A DNA stretch of 64,000 bases from Eledone cirrhosa. Its lineage: Eukaryota. The DNA lies in the NCBI GenBank assembly GCA_964016885.1, contig OZ024740.1, positions 87,234,001 through 87,298,000 on the forward strand, in the 5' to 3' direction. Positions 37,143 to 51,500 of the stretch are shown here, in pieces (position 1 is the first letter of the stretch; each line of letters begins with the position of its first letter). The notes beneath the pieces are model-generated. The model made no database searches. It saw nothing but the letters and a program-made list of their open reading frames with translations, and was not told the origin of the DNA. The position numbers and the translations under genes are program-made.

Positions 37143-40100
37143 GATATGAGACCAGAACCTAATTTCACATACCATTATCATTTTTACATTTGCTCTTTCA
37201 AGCTGGCATGAATTGGATGATATTTGAGGCAGTGTTTTGTAGTTGAAACTCATTCCTAACATCAACCTGTTTAGTTACATCTTATGATGGACCTATTCTA
37301 AAACCAGGGCATGTTTAACAAAATATGTCAGAGATTCGAAAACTACTTTTTATTTAACACATTTTATTTAATACATTTTTTTTATAGAAAAATGCTAATA
37401 CGATGAATTCAAGAAGAATTTTAAAAAAAAGAGATCAGAGAAAACATTATCAGTATGGAATATTCAATTCAATCTACATTTGGCTTGAATAAAAAAACAA
37501 AAACTAAAAAAAAAACAAACAATCATTACATTCCTCACTGATGAAAAAAACAGTGCCAAATTTATTCTGCTTCTTTAATAAATGTCAAATACACTTTTGG
37601 ATAAAAAAAAGTTCTCTGTTATTGTGTTATACTGAAGTACTTTTCAATTCATAACAAACACACATACATACTGATATATAACATAGGAACATATTGCAAG
37701 TTTAGATATATTCTATGTTTAGGGCAAATATTTAAACACACAAATCTAACAAATACATTGTAAAACAATACAACGAAAAGTAAGACGTTTTGAAAGTAAC
37801 TGAATTCATAAAAATTCCACTTCACATTTCAAGTTCATTTGTAGATTCATGTGTGACATTTAAAATAAATTAAGTGAAGATGCATATGGAAAAATGAATA
37901 AATATACTCAATGTTGGAAAACAGGAAAATTTTGATTAGATCTGACATTTAAAAAGTTAGGCCAGTAGAATGTTGAAATATTTTCTAATTACAAACCTGT
38001 GAACTAAACCAACCATGTTTACTTTACATTTATTTACTTTTTTTAAGAACATAAAGTAGGAATCCTTGCAATAATATTTTCCATTGCCTTAGATTGAAAC
38101 TTTCATACACACAAATATGATTCTTAAAGAACATCTTGTAGGCTAGTTCATTGAATTTATTGAAATATTTTCTATGATAACTTATTTATTCTTTATCAGT
38201 ATTAATGACATGAATTATTAATCAACTTCAGAATATTGTAGATATGTAAATAACCTAACCATTCAAAAGTATATGCTATGGACTATGAAATCAACATAAA
38301 TCATACATAAATTTTGCATATGGAATTTTAGTATTACAGATTGTGAAACTTAATACTTACAAAGATTCTTTGCAAATTTTATCAGTACTTAAAGTGTTTT
38401 TCAAAGGGACACTAAGAACTGTTTTCCCTTACTCAGAAATATGAATGTAAAATAAATGTAATCACCAATAATCAAAATATGATGAACCAATGTATATTTT
38501 TGCCTGCCTTAAGAAATATACACAAAAGAGACTAAGATTGATCTAAAACCTAAACGAAAATGGTCTAAATGAAAATAGAATGGACACTTCTATAAACATT
38601 TGAATATATTTGGACTGTTGAAACTGCTGCTGCATTGCATAATATCTACAAAAGAAGGCTATTCCTGATTACCTTCTTTTGTTTAACAATAAATTAAATC
38701 CTGAATCGGATTGGGCATTATACCTCATGAATAAGTTCTTTAGTTTTTTAATATCAATATCTTTGTCTGAACACAAAAAGCATACATTTAATATTTTCGT
38801 CTGAGATTCTATTTTCTTGTTTAGGTTAAATGTTGTATTCCAATTTACTCTCCAAATTATGATGACTGAATTTAGTCAGAATCCATTTTTCACACTGCTT
38901 ATCAATTGTATCTGAATTTTGTCTAAATGCATCTCTTCCTTATCTATCTAAAGTCATTTATTTTTACTTCTACTAGAACTCTCTCAATTACCAACAAATG
39001 TTATGCACTAAGTATTTCACCTCAGCTGCAAGTTAGCTATGACTAGCTTGTCAACATGTTGCACAATACATCTATGACTAGATCATTCACTGTTCATCTT
39101 CCTTTAAATAAAGTATGGTGTAATTTGAGGTAGATTTAGCTGCTACTTTCCTTTGGCTTATCTCCTTAAATTCATTTTGCATTGTGATTTGAATATGCAC
39201 AATTTTTGTTAGATCTCTCTCTCTCTCACACACATACACACAACGCAAGTAAATCACAACAAAAACCTTCACAAACTTAATAAATGTATGTTCCATATTT
39301 GCCATGGATGCCCTTCCTAAAATCAACCACTGTACAGATTGTACTGGGTAGATTTTTTTCATGGCCCCAGCACTATCACTTTACATAGTGTACTAGGTAC
39401 TTTTTTCATGGCATCAGCACTACAACTTTACTGCAGGTTAGAAATTCTTTTGATTCATTAGCAATCATACTACAACCACTGCTACACCAGTTGTTCTGTT
39501 TGTCTATTCTAAAGATACTAAAATAGTCCCCACTCCATTAAACCAATGAACTGTGCATAAGTCTTCTTCTCACTATTCTATCCTCCTATCCTATCTTATT
39601 ATTTCTATCATGTCTGAACATCAAAACAATGTACAAAACAAGTTTCTCAATGTATTCCCCTCAGAAAAGCAGCTTTCTGGAGCCCATCCCTATTTATTAT
39701 TGACACCAACAGTATCAATATCACCAATCTATGAGTGTCTCATAGGCTATGACTACTTCTTCCACCTCCAAATCTGACTCAAACATATAAACATATTCTG
39801 AATCATAATGCTGTTGTACTTAACATTTCAAATTTAAAAAAAAGACAAAATATAATATTCCATTTTCTTGAAATATCAACCAATAATGGTGGATATTTGC
39901 AATTGTCTTGTACTTGAAACTTCAGAGTAAATAGTAAACAACATGGCCTCAGCCGGATGGTTGAAACAGGTAAAAGAGTAAACGAGTATTTAAAACGATG
40001 AGGAATTACACACATAGATGTACATATTTTTATATATAAACGCATTCATATGTATAGATACATGTATCGATACATGTATCAATACACACATCATATATAT

Positions 40101-40699
40101 ATGTTATGGTATTTGTCCATTTACATTTAGTATTTTCGTATAGCTAATATATAACAAAATTTAAATCAATTTGGAAAATTTAAAAGCAAAGAAAAATACT
40201 AAAAGCTGCCAAAACATCTATATAGAAAGGTAATTTTCAGAGTAAAATATACTGCAAACATAGCAAAATATTGCTTCAGATAATTTTCAGTTTCTCTTTT
40301 CATATGTGAAATAACTTTGAAAACATGAAATTACCATCTTATTACAGAGGAATTGGTGAATGCTATGGTTAGATACATAATACAAAAATAGACAATATAA
40401 AATATATCATGCTATGATTATTCAGTCACTTATTCCTAAACTACACATAATTGTTTTAGAAAAGTAGAAGAATGAAAGATTAATTTAACTTTAGGTGAAA
40501 TCAAACACAGGGTGTATAGTATAACACTTCACTCACCAGGTAAATAATTCCATGTCAATATCTAAACATTATGTAATAAAATTTAGAAATATATACGAGA
40601 TGTATATCATTCAGTTTTGTAAAGAATTCTATATCTCCCAAAGTTCTGTACGATCAAAAATGTTTGTCTAAAGGCATCTTGATGAGTAACATCAACTTG

Positions 40700-41005
40700 A
40701 CTAAGCAATAACGGTTGTTTTAAGATATGGGCATGATTTTTTATTTATTTATTTATGATTCTGAGTGTAGGGCACATATATGTTATATCTTTGTAAGAAC
40801 CCTATCAAAACCAACCATTTCTGGTTGAAAAGGGAGTTAAGCACAATGATCTCAAAGCACTGATACTTCTCCATATATTTTGTGGCTATTTCTATCAAAT
40901 ATATATTTCTAAATACAACTGTAATTTCAACAGATGACATCTATATATGATACGTTCTTTGGGTAAAAGTGTTTAATCTGTCAAGAATGAACTTCAAATC
41001 TAGTA
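40700..41005 (+). pseudogene. Decayed RTE/BovB-like RT remnant
   Basis: Patches GVKHND and IYI*Y..KVFNLSRMNFKS resemble GVKQG and GIYIRYRxxGKLFNLRRL. Confidence 0.4.
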
Positions 41006-41409
41006 GTAAGAAATTCTCAGGAGAGCGAGACAGCAGAAAGTCTTCAGGGAAGAACAGCAAGTGTTTCAGCCCTTAATTTTGAACACTCTAAGGGGGCTCA
41101 GCCACATCCAATCATGAGTAATGGTGCCCTTCTGCTAACATTTAGTCATTTGAGTGTCAGAGATTTGTTGTGCATTTAAGTCATATGGAGATTGTATTGA
41201 CGGGATCTAGCTGGAACTCATCTCCATTGCCTCTGCTTTCAAACTTATATTTAAATGCTTTTTTTTAGTTTGGAAAAATAACGTTGGTAGTCATAGTAGC
41301 AGTGAGATATCAATAATGTCACTACTACTACCAACACTACAACCATGACATACTTCCATTAACATGTGTTAAAATACAAACATAATGCCTTCAAATGGTA
41401 AGGAGGTCG

Positions 41410-42110
41410 TTTTTGTTCCTCCTAAAATAGATCCAGCTGGAATTCCTCTTCGCTGCCTCACATATTGCTTTTAGGTCTTGTTCTTCCAAGCAACTGAAAG
41501 TTGTTTAATGAGATTGTAGGTAGATTTGCCCACAAAGCCTCTAGCTCAAATTCTATGGTGAGAACTTTGACCTAGAAGTTGGCTTCCCTCAGCTGTTGGT
41601 CAAACTGCCATATTTTTTTTTTTTTACATGTATGCTTCTTCAGATCTACTTTTGAATGTCTTAGTGAGTTCAATCAAAATCAGCTGTTTTGATGAACTAG
41701 AATAGAGTACGATATGTGATCTCAAGCCACCCTTCCTGATGATTTCTGGTTGTTTCACTGATCCTGGGAGGTCTGCTGTGCCCTCCCCATCGTCTGCACC
41801 GCCCAGAAGACTCTACTTCCACGCCCTCTTTGGCACAGCTGTCCTTGGTCATTTCCTGCCTCCTGCTGTATAGAATGTTGTTGGAGATTCTCATGCACAA
41901 TTTCCTTAAGCCCTTGATTGTACCTCCACATGTATCTTCCTCGGGATAATGCTACTCTGCATGAGCTCAGAACATGTCCCAATGTCTGTCTACCCTGGCA
42001 AAGAGAGTACTCAGAGTTATCTGATTTACTTGTGTAGTACTTGGTCTTTTATATGCAGATGACTGTCAGCTAGTAAATCACACTGAACAAGGCTTACAGA
42101 ACCTGTTTAG
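41410..42110 (-). pseudogene. RLE-type non-LTR retrotransposon 3' remnant (HERO-like)
   Basis: LCQGRQTLGHVLSSCRVALSRGRYMWRYNQGLKEI (zinc knuckle + RHD-like), LRSHIVLYSSSSKQLILIELT (RPD..IELT), ARGFVGKS, LKAICEAAKRNSSWIYFRR; frameshifted. Confidence 0.8.
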
Positions 42111-43906
42111 ATTATTTTATACTGCATGTGACATATTTAGTCTAACAATCAATCTTGTTTCAAAACATGTATGCCAACTTGGAAAATTGATGTAAAACGA
42201 TTAAATATATATATACACATACATGCGCATACACAAATATATCATTCATCATTTTACATGTTTTTCTATGCTTGTATAAGTTTGACAATATATGCACACA
42301 CACTGATATATAATATGTTTCTTAGGCACATGCATCATTCATACTTATACAAGTACAACTAGATAATGGGTGAAGCCCAATAATATCAAAGAATTACAAA
42401 ATAAAATGGATACTCATATTTTTGGTGTTTATAGTCTTCTAGGAAAGCATTCACGCTTAGCTGAATATTTCAATCATTGAAACAGATATACAACAATAAA
42501 TATAAAATTAAAAAGAAAAAAGAAACCTTAACTCAGAAATCATTCTATTGGTAAATATTTTAAATTCATAACATCCATATGACTATATTCTAATTCAGCT
42601 CATACTTATCTCCAGTTATTCTCATTTTATCAATAAACTCTAATGAACCAAAAGCTGACTATTTAAAGAAAATATTTAAAAGATATTATTAATTTCTTTA
42701 AAAATCAGGCTTTCTTTTATCTAAAGAAATGCATCAAAATTATGCAAAATCAAAATTTAGAGCATAATATTTTAAGAAGAAATGTAATTTCTTTCAGTAA
42801 TATTTAAAATGCTGTTAAAATAACAATTTATTCTTTTTCAAATTCTCAAGATATTATTTCAATAAAAACCATTATAATTTGAAAATTCCTCAGAAACGAT
42901 AATCAAAGATTCTAAAAATAACTGTTTTATGCAATCTTTTAAATTGTATAGAATTTTACACACAAGATGGTCTACGATGATAAATGGCTTTTTTGGATTG
43001 CTGTATATTTATTAAATTAGATGACAACTACTTTAAAATATATCTCAAAGTGAATAATATTTCATAATATCAACAAAGGAACTGTGTATGAAAAAAGTAA
43101 TACCATACAGTCATGAAAACCAAAATGCTAAATTTATTGAAACTTTTTCTTTTGTTTGTTTGTTTAATCTGAGTAGCATATAATTTAGCTTTGAGCTCTT
43201 ATCCCATTCTAAACCAGTATTATAATTGATAAATCATCCAATAGTTATTTCACTACAAAGATTCTATAAACTAGAAAAAAAGGTATGGAGTAGAGCATAG
43301 ATATATATTATGGAATAAATTCATACAGTTGTATTCAGAAAATATATTTTTTTCTAATAAAATGCTTAAAGTTTTACATTCAACAGTAGCAGTGATTGAA
43401 TGGTTATGCAGTTCGATGTTACAGAATTTAATGCATCAATAGTTATTCACCCTTCAGTACAATGAGCTCTTCAATTCAACAGATCCCTTTCAGGCTTAAT
43501 ATCAATTTTTAACGTTGACACAATTTCATCATATGAAAAAAATTCTTTTTTTTTCAATCAACTTTTCATGTCAAAAGCAAAACAGTGTAGAAAATACCCA
43601 CATATAATATAGAAATTCTTAAGCCAATTTGTATTGATTTTTACTATGGCAAGAAGTTTTCTTTGCAAATTTGAATATTTCCATATTAATTGTTCAAACA
43701 AGAATTCTTTTTGAGATCAATAAATTTCTTACCACTAACTACTTAACATGTACCCATAATCATGTACACTTTGATAAAAGTAATGTTTCTTCTCTCAATG
43801 TTTCTTATCTAAAGAAGTACATATGGGAATAAAATCTATTCTAAAATTATTTGCAGTGAGTTCAATATAAACTGTTAATACCAGGTGCTTTTTTAAAGTA
43901 CATTTT

Positions 43907-44982
43907 TATTGGGTTGGACAGAAAGTTCCCACCACTTTTCAAAGGGAGGTATTTTGGTGGAGTCTTCTGGAAATATAAGAAGTGATATTGGTATACATTA
44001 TGTGCATTTCTCATTTTCTATTACTCTGTCAAAGGTGAAGTAATATGGATCTATCCAAATCACTTATTTGTGACTGTTAACTTTATGACTGCAAATTTAG
44101 CCTAAGTAAAGCAGCATCAAGTTGTTACATTAACAATGCATTTTGGGTCAAACTCCATGTCTGAATGCAGTGCCAGGGACTGGTTTGCAGGCTTTTGTTC
44201 CAGTGATTACAGTTTTGAAAATCGACCTCACGCGAGGTGTCCATCTGACTTCAATGACAAGCAACTGTGTGACCTGTTGGAAGCTAACGCACCACAGACA
44301 TCATGTCAACTCTCTGAAGTGCTTGGGTCATTGAAAACAATCATTCTCAATCACTTGCATGCAATAGGGAATGGGTCCTCCACAATTTGACTGACCATAA
44401 TTGTGAATGTTGGATGGCAACTGCAACTTCTCTGCTCTCCTGCCATTGCACAACCAACTGGTTATGTTTCATTGTCATTGGTAATGAAAAACGGTGTCTG
44501 TATATTAATGTCAAGAGCAAGTGATCATGGGTTGACAAAGAGAATGCACCACAAAGGCAAGCAAAGGCTGGTCTCCACCATTAGAAGGCCTTACTAAGCA
44601 TCTGGTGGTACTGAAAAGGTGTTATCCACTATTAGCTGCTCCCATCAAACACCAGCATAACCACTGATGTCTATTACCAACAACTTAAATGATTAGCAGC
44701 ACAAATCACACAGGTGTACCCACACCAGGGTGCTGTTCAATTCCTTCATGATAACTCTTGGCCGCACACATTAAGCATGACCCCTGAGAAGCTGTTGGAC
44801 CTAGGTTGGGAGGTTCTACTCGGCCCTCCATATTTGCCCAACCTCATGCCTACAAACTATCACTTTTTCCTCTCAATGAGCAATGCAATGCAGTCAAAGA
44901 CCTCTGCTATTTAAGACCATTTAAATCAGTGGGTGACAGAATTTTTTGCATCTAATAATCACCAAATGTTTACGAATATAGC
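43907..44982 (+). pseudogene. Mariner (DD34D-type) transposon fossil
   Basis: TA + TTGGGTTGG TIR; DWFAGF HTH, WVLHNLT, VIGNEKRCLY, LSIWW, FLHDNSWPH, GWEVLLGPPYLPNLMPTNYHFF; multiple stops; 3' end interrupted by an RTE-tail repeat. Confidence 0.9.
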
Positions 44983-47193
44983 ATCATCATCATCATATCC
45001 ACCACTGTTTAACATCTAATTTCTATATTTGCATAGGTTTGAGAGGCTGTCATGTGCTGAGGCTAGATTGGTTAGATGAGTATGTCTTACTAATACACTG
45101 TTTTGGCTTGGTTTAAATGAATGGATGCTTTTCCTAATGTCAACCTCTTTATAGCATGCACTGGGAGCATTTTATCATGAGTCAAGCACTAATACTATAC
45201 AGGCTGAACAAGGTGCTTTTTTCTCATGGCACCAACACTACCTCTTAACTTGATAGACTGGATGTATATGAATGTATATATGATATAATAACAAGATAAA
45301 CACATAAAAGGAGAAACACTATCAATAATAAATTGATATATAACTAAAACACTAATGTATACCAATATGTTGGAAAATATCTTAACAATTCTTATCAATA
45401 GTACCCAAACATCTGTAATAATATACAAAATACACATTCTCTATATCACATACAACCCTCTGATTGATATCAAGTACATCAGTTTTGACAATGAACACTC
45501 TAGATAGTCAATCAATGTAACGGCCTACATGTTAAATCTAAAACTGGCTAAATATTCTAGAAACATATACTCCTCATGGAAATCTCAGAAAAATTCATTG
45601 ACATGCTGACTGACAAGGCTGACTCTTTGAATTACAGGTACAGTCCATCCAGTAGGCTTGCAAACAGTTTTTGTCTACCCAATTCCACTCACAAGGCTTG
45701 GGAAGAGCTGGGGTTATGGTAAAAGATGACACATGGTGAGATAGAACCTAGAACTTTATGATTATGGCCATGCAGCCTACACCTGGTTGATTATGTCAAT
45801 CAGGCTTACTTCTTATTGAAATATAACTGATGTATAGTTAAACTATTCACTGTGTCTTTTCTAGCACAAATTTATTGGCCTCTTTTTGCCCCCTCCTAAA
45901 ACAATTCTATTTAACTCCATGAGAGAGGGGAATCATTGCAGTTGTTTCTTGCATCCTTTTCTCCTCTTTGTGTATCAGATCACAGATCTGTAATAAACAA
46001 TCTCCATTCTTCCTTCTTAGAAGCACATACCTTTTGAATCCTCTTTCCAACTCATATTTTGCTTCCATTTAATTTGCAAGGTCAGCTGTCTTTGCAAAAG
46101 AGCTGACTGCACAAGATTTAACTAGCATGCAAACAAATGAGATTCTGAATGAAGAAAAGTTGATTTAATAGTATAAGGTACATGAAACAGATTCAAGGAT
46201 TAGAAGACATATAAAAACTAGGATGTTCAAATAATAATGATACAGGATTAATGTATATGGAATTAAGAGGGAATGAGAAATAGAAAGAAATTCCAATCAG
46301 GTGATCATAGTAATCCACAATAACAAAGGAGAATTCAATGTTATAAACAGTATATTGGCTTATTGTCTCCTTAAAACTTGGGCAATTGTTTCAAATTTCG
46401 GTTCTATGGAAAAGATTGCTTTTAGGAGCATGTGATAACTAAATATATTCATAAAAAGAGATGGACAGAAATCAGATTGTGAATGAGGGGTCAGCAATAG
46501 GAGAAAGAAAGAGATGAGAGAGAAGATAGGGGAGAAGAGGATTCAGAAGGGAGGTGAAGAGAAAGGGTAAAAAAAAGATGGAAAGTATAGCAGTAGGAAG
46601 AAGGCTCTGTTTCTAAATCTACCCCTTTCTCACTTATTCTATTCTCTTTGCCATCCATTGTTTCTCCCCACTCTATTGTTGATTTACCTAGTTTATCTAA
46701 TTTTATTGCCCTCTACTTTTACACAGAGTAGCATAGATAAGGTTCAGCAAAGAAGTAGCAATACAGAACAATAGACTAGAGGGAGAGCTAGTAAACAAAT
46801 TAGAAGAAACAACTAGAAAAGGTATTGTGATCAACATGATAGTGATGAAAAGGGCCCCCAGCTATTTCTTCCCCATGAAACACAAAGGCTACATTGTCAG
46901 AGCTAAGGCACATGCCCTAAAACACAAAATAATGAAAGCTGCTCAATGGACCTGAGTGGTTGATGCATGCATTGAAATAAAGCCACAATTCGATCTTTCT
47001 TAGACATGAATGGGTAGAGTTGCTCCATTCTAAGCAGATGTGAACAACCATCCAGCAACATTTTGCTCAACTATTTGGTCCTGTTTTCATAGCAAAGCAC
47101 AACAGCAATACTAGCTTTGTGATAAAAGTAAAAGGCTACCTCTCAGTATTGTTTTGTTTTGAGGGCTTTGTTCCACGTAGGTCACATTAACCG

Positions 47194-48250
47194 CATATAC
47201 TGGCTCTCCTCTCAAGTCACTGGATTGGAGGTTAGAGCAGTTGAGGGGCAGCCTTTTCAAACTGGGATGTGAGAGGGAAGTTTTGGCATATGTGGATGAC
47301 ACCACCACCATGGAGTTGGACACCACAAAATTGGATGGGGTTGGAATCTCTCTAAAGGAATATGAGGTGGGGGAAGGAACAAAGATCAGCCTAGTCCATG
47401 CCTTCAGACAGTGATGTGGGGTGTTGAACTGAAAATAAAACTGCTTAGGGTCTAGTTAAGTCTAAATATCCAGGAGGACAGAAACTGGGAAGAGGTTATG
47501 AGCAGAGTGGCAGGTGTCATTTAGAAATGTCAGGCCAAGGTAGTGAATGGTTTTATTTACTACCTGACTGACATGCCTTTTCCTAGTCTTCATCTAAACA
47601 GATTGCTATGTCATTTAAACAGATTAGTTGTGGAAAAGACGTGTTCCATTGGTCAAACAGTCCATATGTTGTCAGTACCAAGCAATTATGCATTGAGGCT
47701 GAAACATTTGCAGAAATTTCTGGGTAGTGAATGGGTGTGATTAACATGCTTTTCTGTAGCTCAATTCCCTGACAGAGCTGCTGTCCTGGGTAAAGAAAAT
47801 ATCAAGGTAAGGCACCTGGCATTTAGAATGCTGTCAGGTGCCTACAGACCACTACCATTAAGGCATTGTGATTAGTGGAAGTTCCGCATTAGCAATTTAT
47901 AGAGTATTAGTGACATGGAAGCATGACAATGTTTTCAGAAATGTTCTTGGTGTCACTTTTGCTCTAGAGAGTATGAATATTTTCCAAAAATCTTAGGCTT
48001 GGTAGAACTATTGGGGATCATTGTCAGTTCAAGATAATCCCAACAGGCATTGAAGTGTTATCAGACAGGCTTGTCCGAGAACTGTGCAGAATGACGAAAC
48101 TGTTCTGCATACATTCGATCAATGCCCATGTTTGCTGATTTGCAGAGTTATGTTGAAAAACTGTTGACTCTGTCCATTATGAAGGTAGCCTCACTACCCT
48201 CCTTTAACAGAGAAGGGTGAGAAATTTTGCTGTGTCTGGTGGCTTTGGCA
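47194..48250 (+). pseudogene. L1/Tx1-clade LINE ORF2 remnant
   Basis: RLEQLRG..LGCEREVLAYVDDTT..LKEYEVGEGTKIS (YADD region, 47286-47300), NWEEVMSRV, WKRRVPLVKQSICCQ, ALRLKHL, and NDETVLHTFDQCP zinc-knuckle remnant. Confidence 0.7.
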
Positions 48251-48329
48251 AAAAAGGTTTTTGTGGTGGACAAAACTGAAAGGACTGGAGATAGATACAT
48301 ACCTTTTCAGTCAAGCTCTCACCAACTTT

Positions 48330-48520
48330 TGCAAGTTTCAATTGGAAAGGAAGTGAGGATGGAGAGGGAGTTGTTCTTCCCCAGAAAATTTACCAGAAGA
48401 TGGGTGAAAGTAATAGATGAAGTGTTGAAAACTGATCTCAGGAATCTGACTATCACTAAAGAGATGACAAAAGTCCATTGCAAGTGGCAATTTATAAGGC
48501 TCAAGAAGACCCACTACCAA
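48330..48520 (+). pseudogene. Decayed RTE C-terminal fragment
   Basis: DEVLKTDLRNLTITKEMTK..KW..LKKTH parallels 17160-17260. Confidence 0.6.
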
Positions 48521-51500
48521 TTAAAGTTGTAAAAATGATGGAGGAATGGGGTTTTGGGTTTGTTGGTATTGAATTACAGCTGCTATCAGCCTTCTTTATT
48601 CCTAGGGATCATTCTATGTCTTCTCTTTCTTCTCCTCTTATCCATCATTGATATATATTACTTTCTCACTTCCACTACGCCTTCTTCCACCAGTATTATT
48701 AGAGTTCCTCACTCTTTAATCATATTATTACCAATCTTCTGTCTAGAAACAAAGTTGTAAGAAGACACTATACTATATATATATATGTGTTTGTGTGTGT
48801 GTGTGTGCATGTGTGAAAGTGAGAGAGAGAGAGAGAAAGAGAGTCTGTTTGTTAGATATATGTGAACACTAATAATACATAATATAAAAAAGTTCATTTA
48901 TAAAAGACACTTTGTTCCATGAAAACTAGATAGGAAAGTAACTATAAATGAAGCTAATAGCTTTCTTTGAGAAGAAAAGATGTGGTCACTTAGTTTAATG
49001 GTGATTGGTATTGAATGTGATATACTGGTAGAAAACATACTATGAAACATAAATATGCTAATACATGAAATCTGTCATTTTAACCACTTTGATACCAAGC
49101 CAACAAAAAACAGCCCCTGTTTTTATGATAGAAAAACGTTTGTTCACATTCAAATTTATACCTTCTACTATAAATTTTTGCAAGAATATTTTCTTAAGTT
49201 ATGTTCTAGACACCAATTTATTAAGAAAGAAGTTTATTATATTACTAACTCTGTCCACATTTTTAACTATTTTCAAAATTATAAGCAATGTTCTTCATTA
49301 GTAACAAGTGTGCATGTGTCTATGTGCACATGTGTATGTGAATGCATGAGTGCATATGTATTATTATATGTATGATTTTATGCGAGCATGTATATTTGTG
49401 TGTATATAAGCTTGTAGACGGGTATGTGTGTATCCATGCACGGAGAATTTTCATAGAATTTAAGCCAGTATGTATGAATGTGTATATGATTATGTATGTA
49501 TCTATTATGTTCCAAGGTTTAGGCCACAGTTTGCCACTTATATAATTGCAATTGTTGTATATAAAGACACAACTTTTCAAGGAGAAGGTCATATGCTATG
49601 TGATTTCTTTTTCTGAAATTTCTGACAATGCAAAACAAAATAAAATAAAATAAAATATAGTATAGCCCTAAGCAACAGACATTGGAAGAAGTTACTGATT
49701 AGAAAAATAATTCAGAGTAATTATGTAAATTAGTAGAGTATTTTGAAGAGAAATAAAAAGCAAGTTTTCCCATAAGATAAAAAAACATGAAGTAAAATTT
49801 TTATTTTAGGTTCAATATTTGCTCATTTATTTATTTATTATTTCATTTTTTAGTGTAGGGGTGGAGCATTTTTATGAAGTTCACATGAAACATTTTTCTG
49901 ATTGCTTAGATGTAACATTTCTAAGTGAATCAACATTTTCAGATCAACAAAAGATTACCACTATCTTTTTAAATTAACTTACACAAAATATAGTGAATTC
50001 ATGTGATATTAATTCATTTAGTTGATAATAAGTCCTGGCAAGATCAGGTATTGCTGCTAGTTATGTTCGCAGAGAATAGATAATTAGTCAGTTGTCACCC
50101 TTAAATGCATCAGATTCAGACTCATATTTGAGTATTCAGATAACTTGAGTATAACCTAATCATTATGGGATCTCTGTTTACATACTGAGGGTTCCGATAT
50201 TTAAATTTGACAAAACTAACATATATTCATATCATAGTCTGAAGGGAACAACTTAGATTTGTCAGATACTGACCCATAACAAGTTTTAGTTATATTGTAT
50301 TATTTGATTTATTCCATGCAATATATATATAAATGTGTACAAGCACTTTAATACACACACATGTGAAACTGCATGAAATATATACTATATATGTTTGTGT
50401 ATTTGTTTCTGTGTCTTTGTGTGTGTGTTATTTATTTATTATAGGCATGCATACCAACATTTAGTCACATGTATAGAAATAGAAATATATTTCTTAATCT
50501 CATGTTTGCTGTAAGACTAGGTCAGCGATCATCCTATTATTATGCATAATAAAGTTAGAGCACAGTGAAAAGCTCCAGTGAATCACAGCTAAATAAGTGC
50601 AATGAGATGAAATATAAACTTCTTACAATACTATATAGAGCTAAACATAACTCACATCATTGATTTCGTACAATAAAGCCAGAAATCAGACATAATAAAA
50701 TAATACTATAAATACTTTTCTTCTAGTTATTTTTTAGTCAGAAAGTAGGGGGACAGTACTCATACCTTTTTTTTTTCAAGCTTCCAAAAGACTTATGGTT
50801 TTAAGGATAGTTGAATAGAGTTGATACTGTTAGATCTTCAGTTTTTAAGTATACAAGTATAAGTACATTGGGTATTTTTGTGTTTGAGGAGAAAGAAAGA
50901 TAAGATAGGAGAAAGGATGTTCCTGGGGGAAGAAATTCAGAGAAATGTTGAGGGACATATGAAAAATATAGACATGATGAATTGGGGATTATATATTGTT
51001 CTCTACACATTTTAATAGGGGTTGTTGTTCACATCTCAATAGGTTCAGCTGTCCTCCTCCTGAACTTGCATCTCACAAGAGGTTTCTTAGGTGTTTGTAA
51101 TAACAGGACACCCTTGTTCTATCATACCACTATTTTTTCCAGGGAGAAGAAGCGAGATTTGAACATAGAATGCCCATTACTGGAATGGATACCATAAGCC
51201 ACATCGTCTGCCCTGGACTGCTACTTACTTTAGCTACCCTGAAAGGGCAAAAAATAAAGTTGACCTCAGTAAAATCCACTCACTCCCTTTTGTAAGCTTA
51301 AGCAAGGGTAGTATGTAATTGTTAGAAGAGAGGTGTGTAGAAGCAACTCTCACAAAAACAGAAGTGTTGTAGGACAGAGATCATGTAGAGTTGGATTGTG
51401 AGGATTTGCTTATTATGCATCCCCTTGCATACATATATGGCAGCTACATGCTAAGAAATATGTAAGCAGTTCTTTTTTCAGGTAGAATGCCTTGTTAAGA

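Noticed and set aside
38560-39780. Coding-looking minus-strand patches
   Set aside because: Interrupted by stops in all frames, with no recognisable motif or splice pair.
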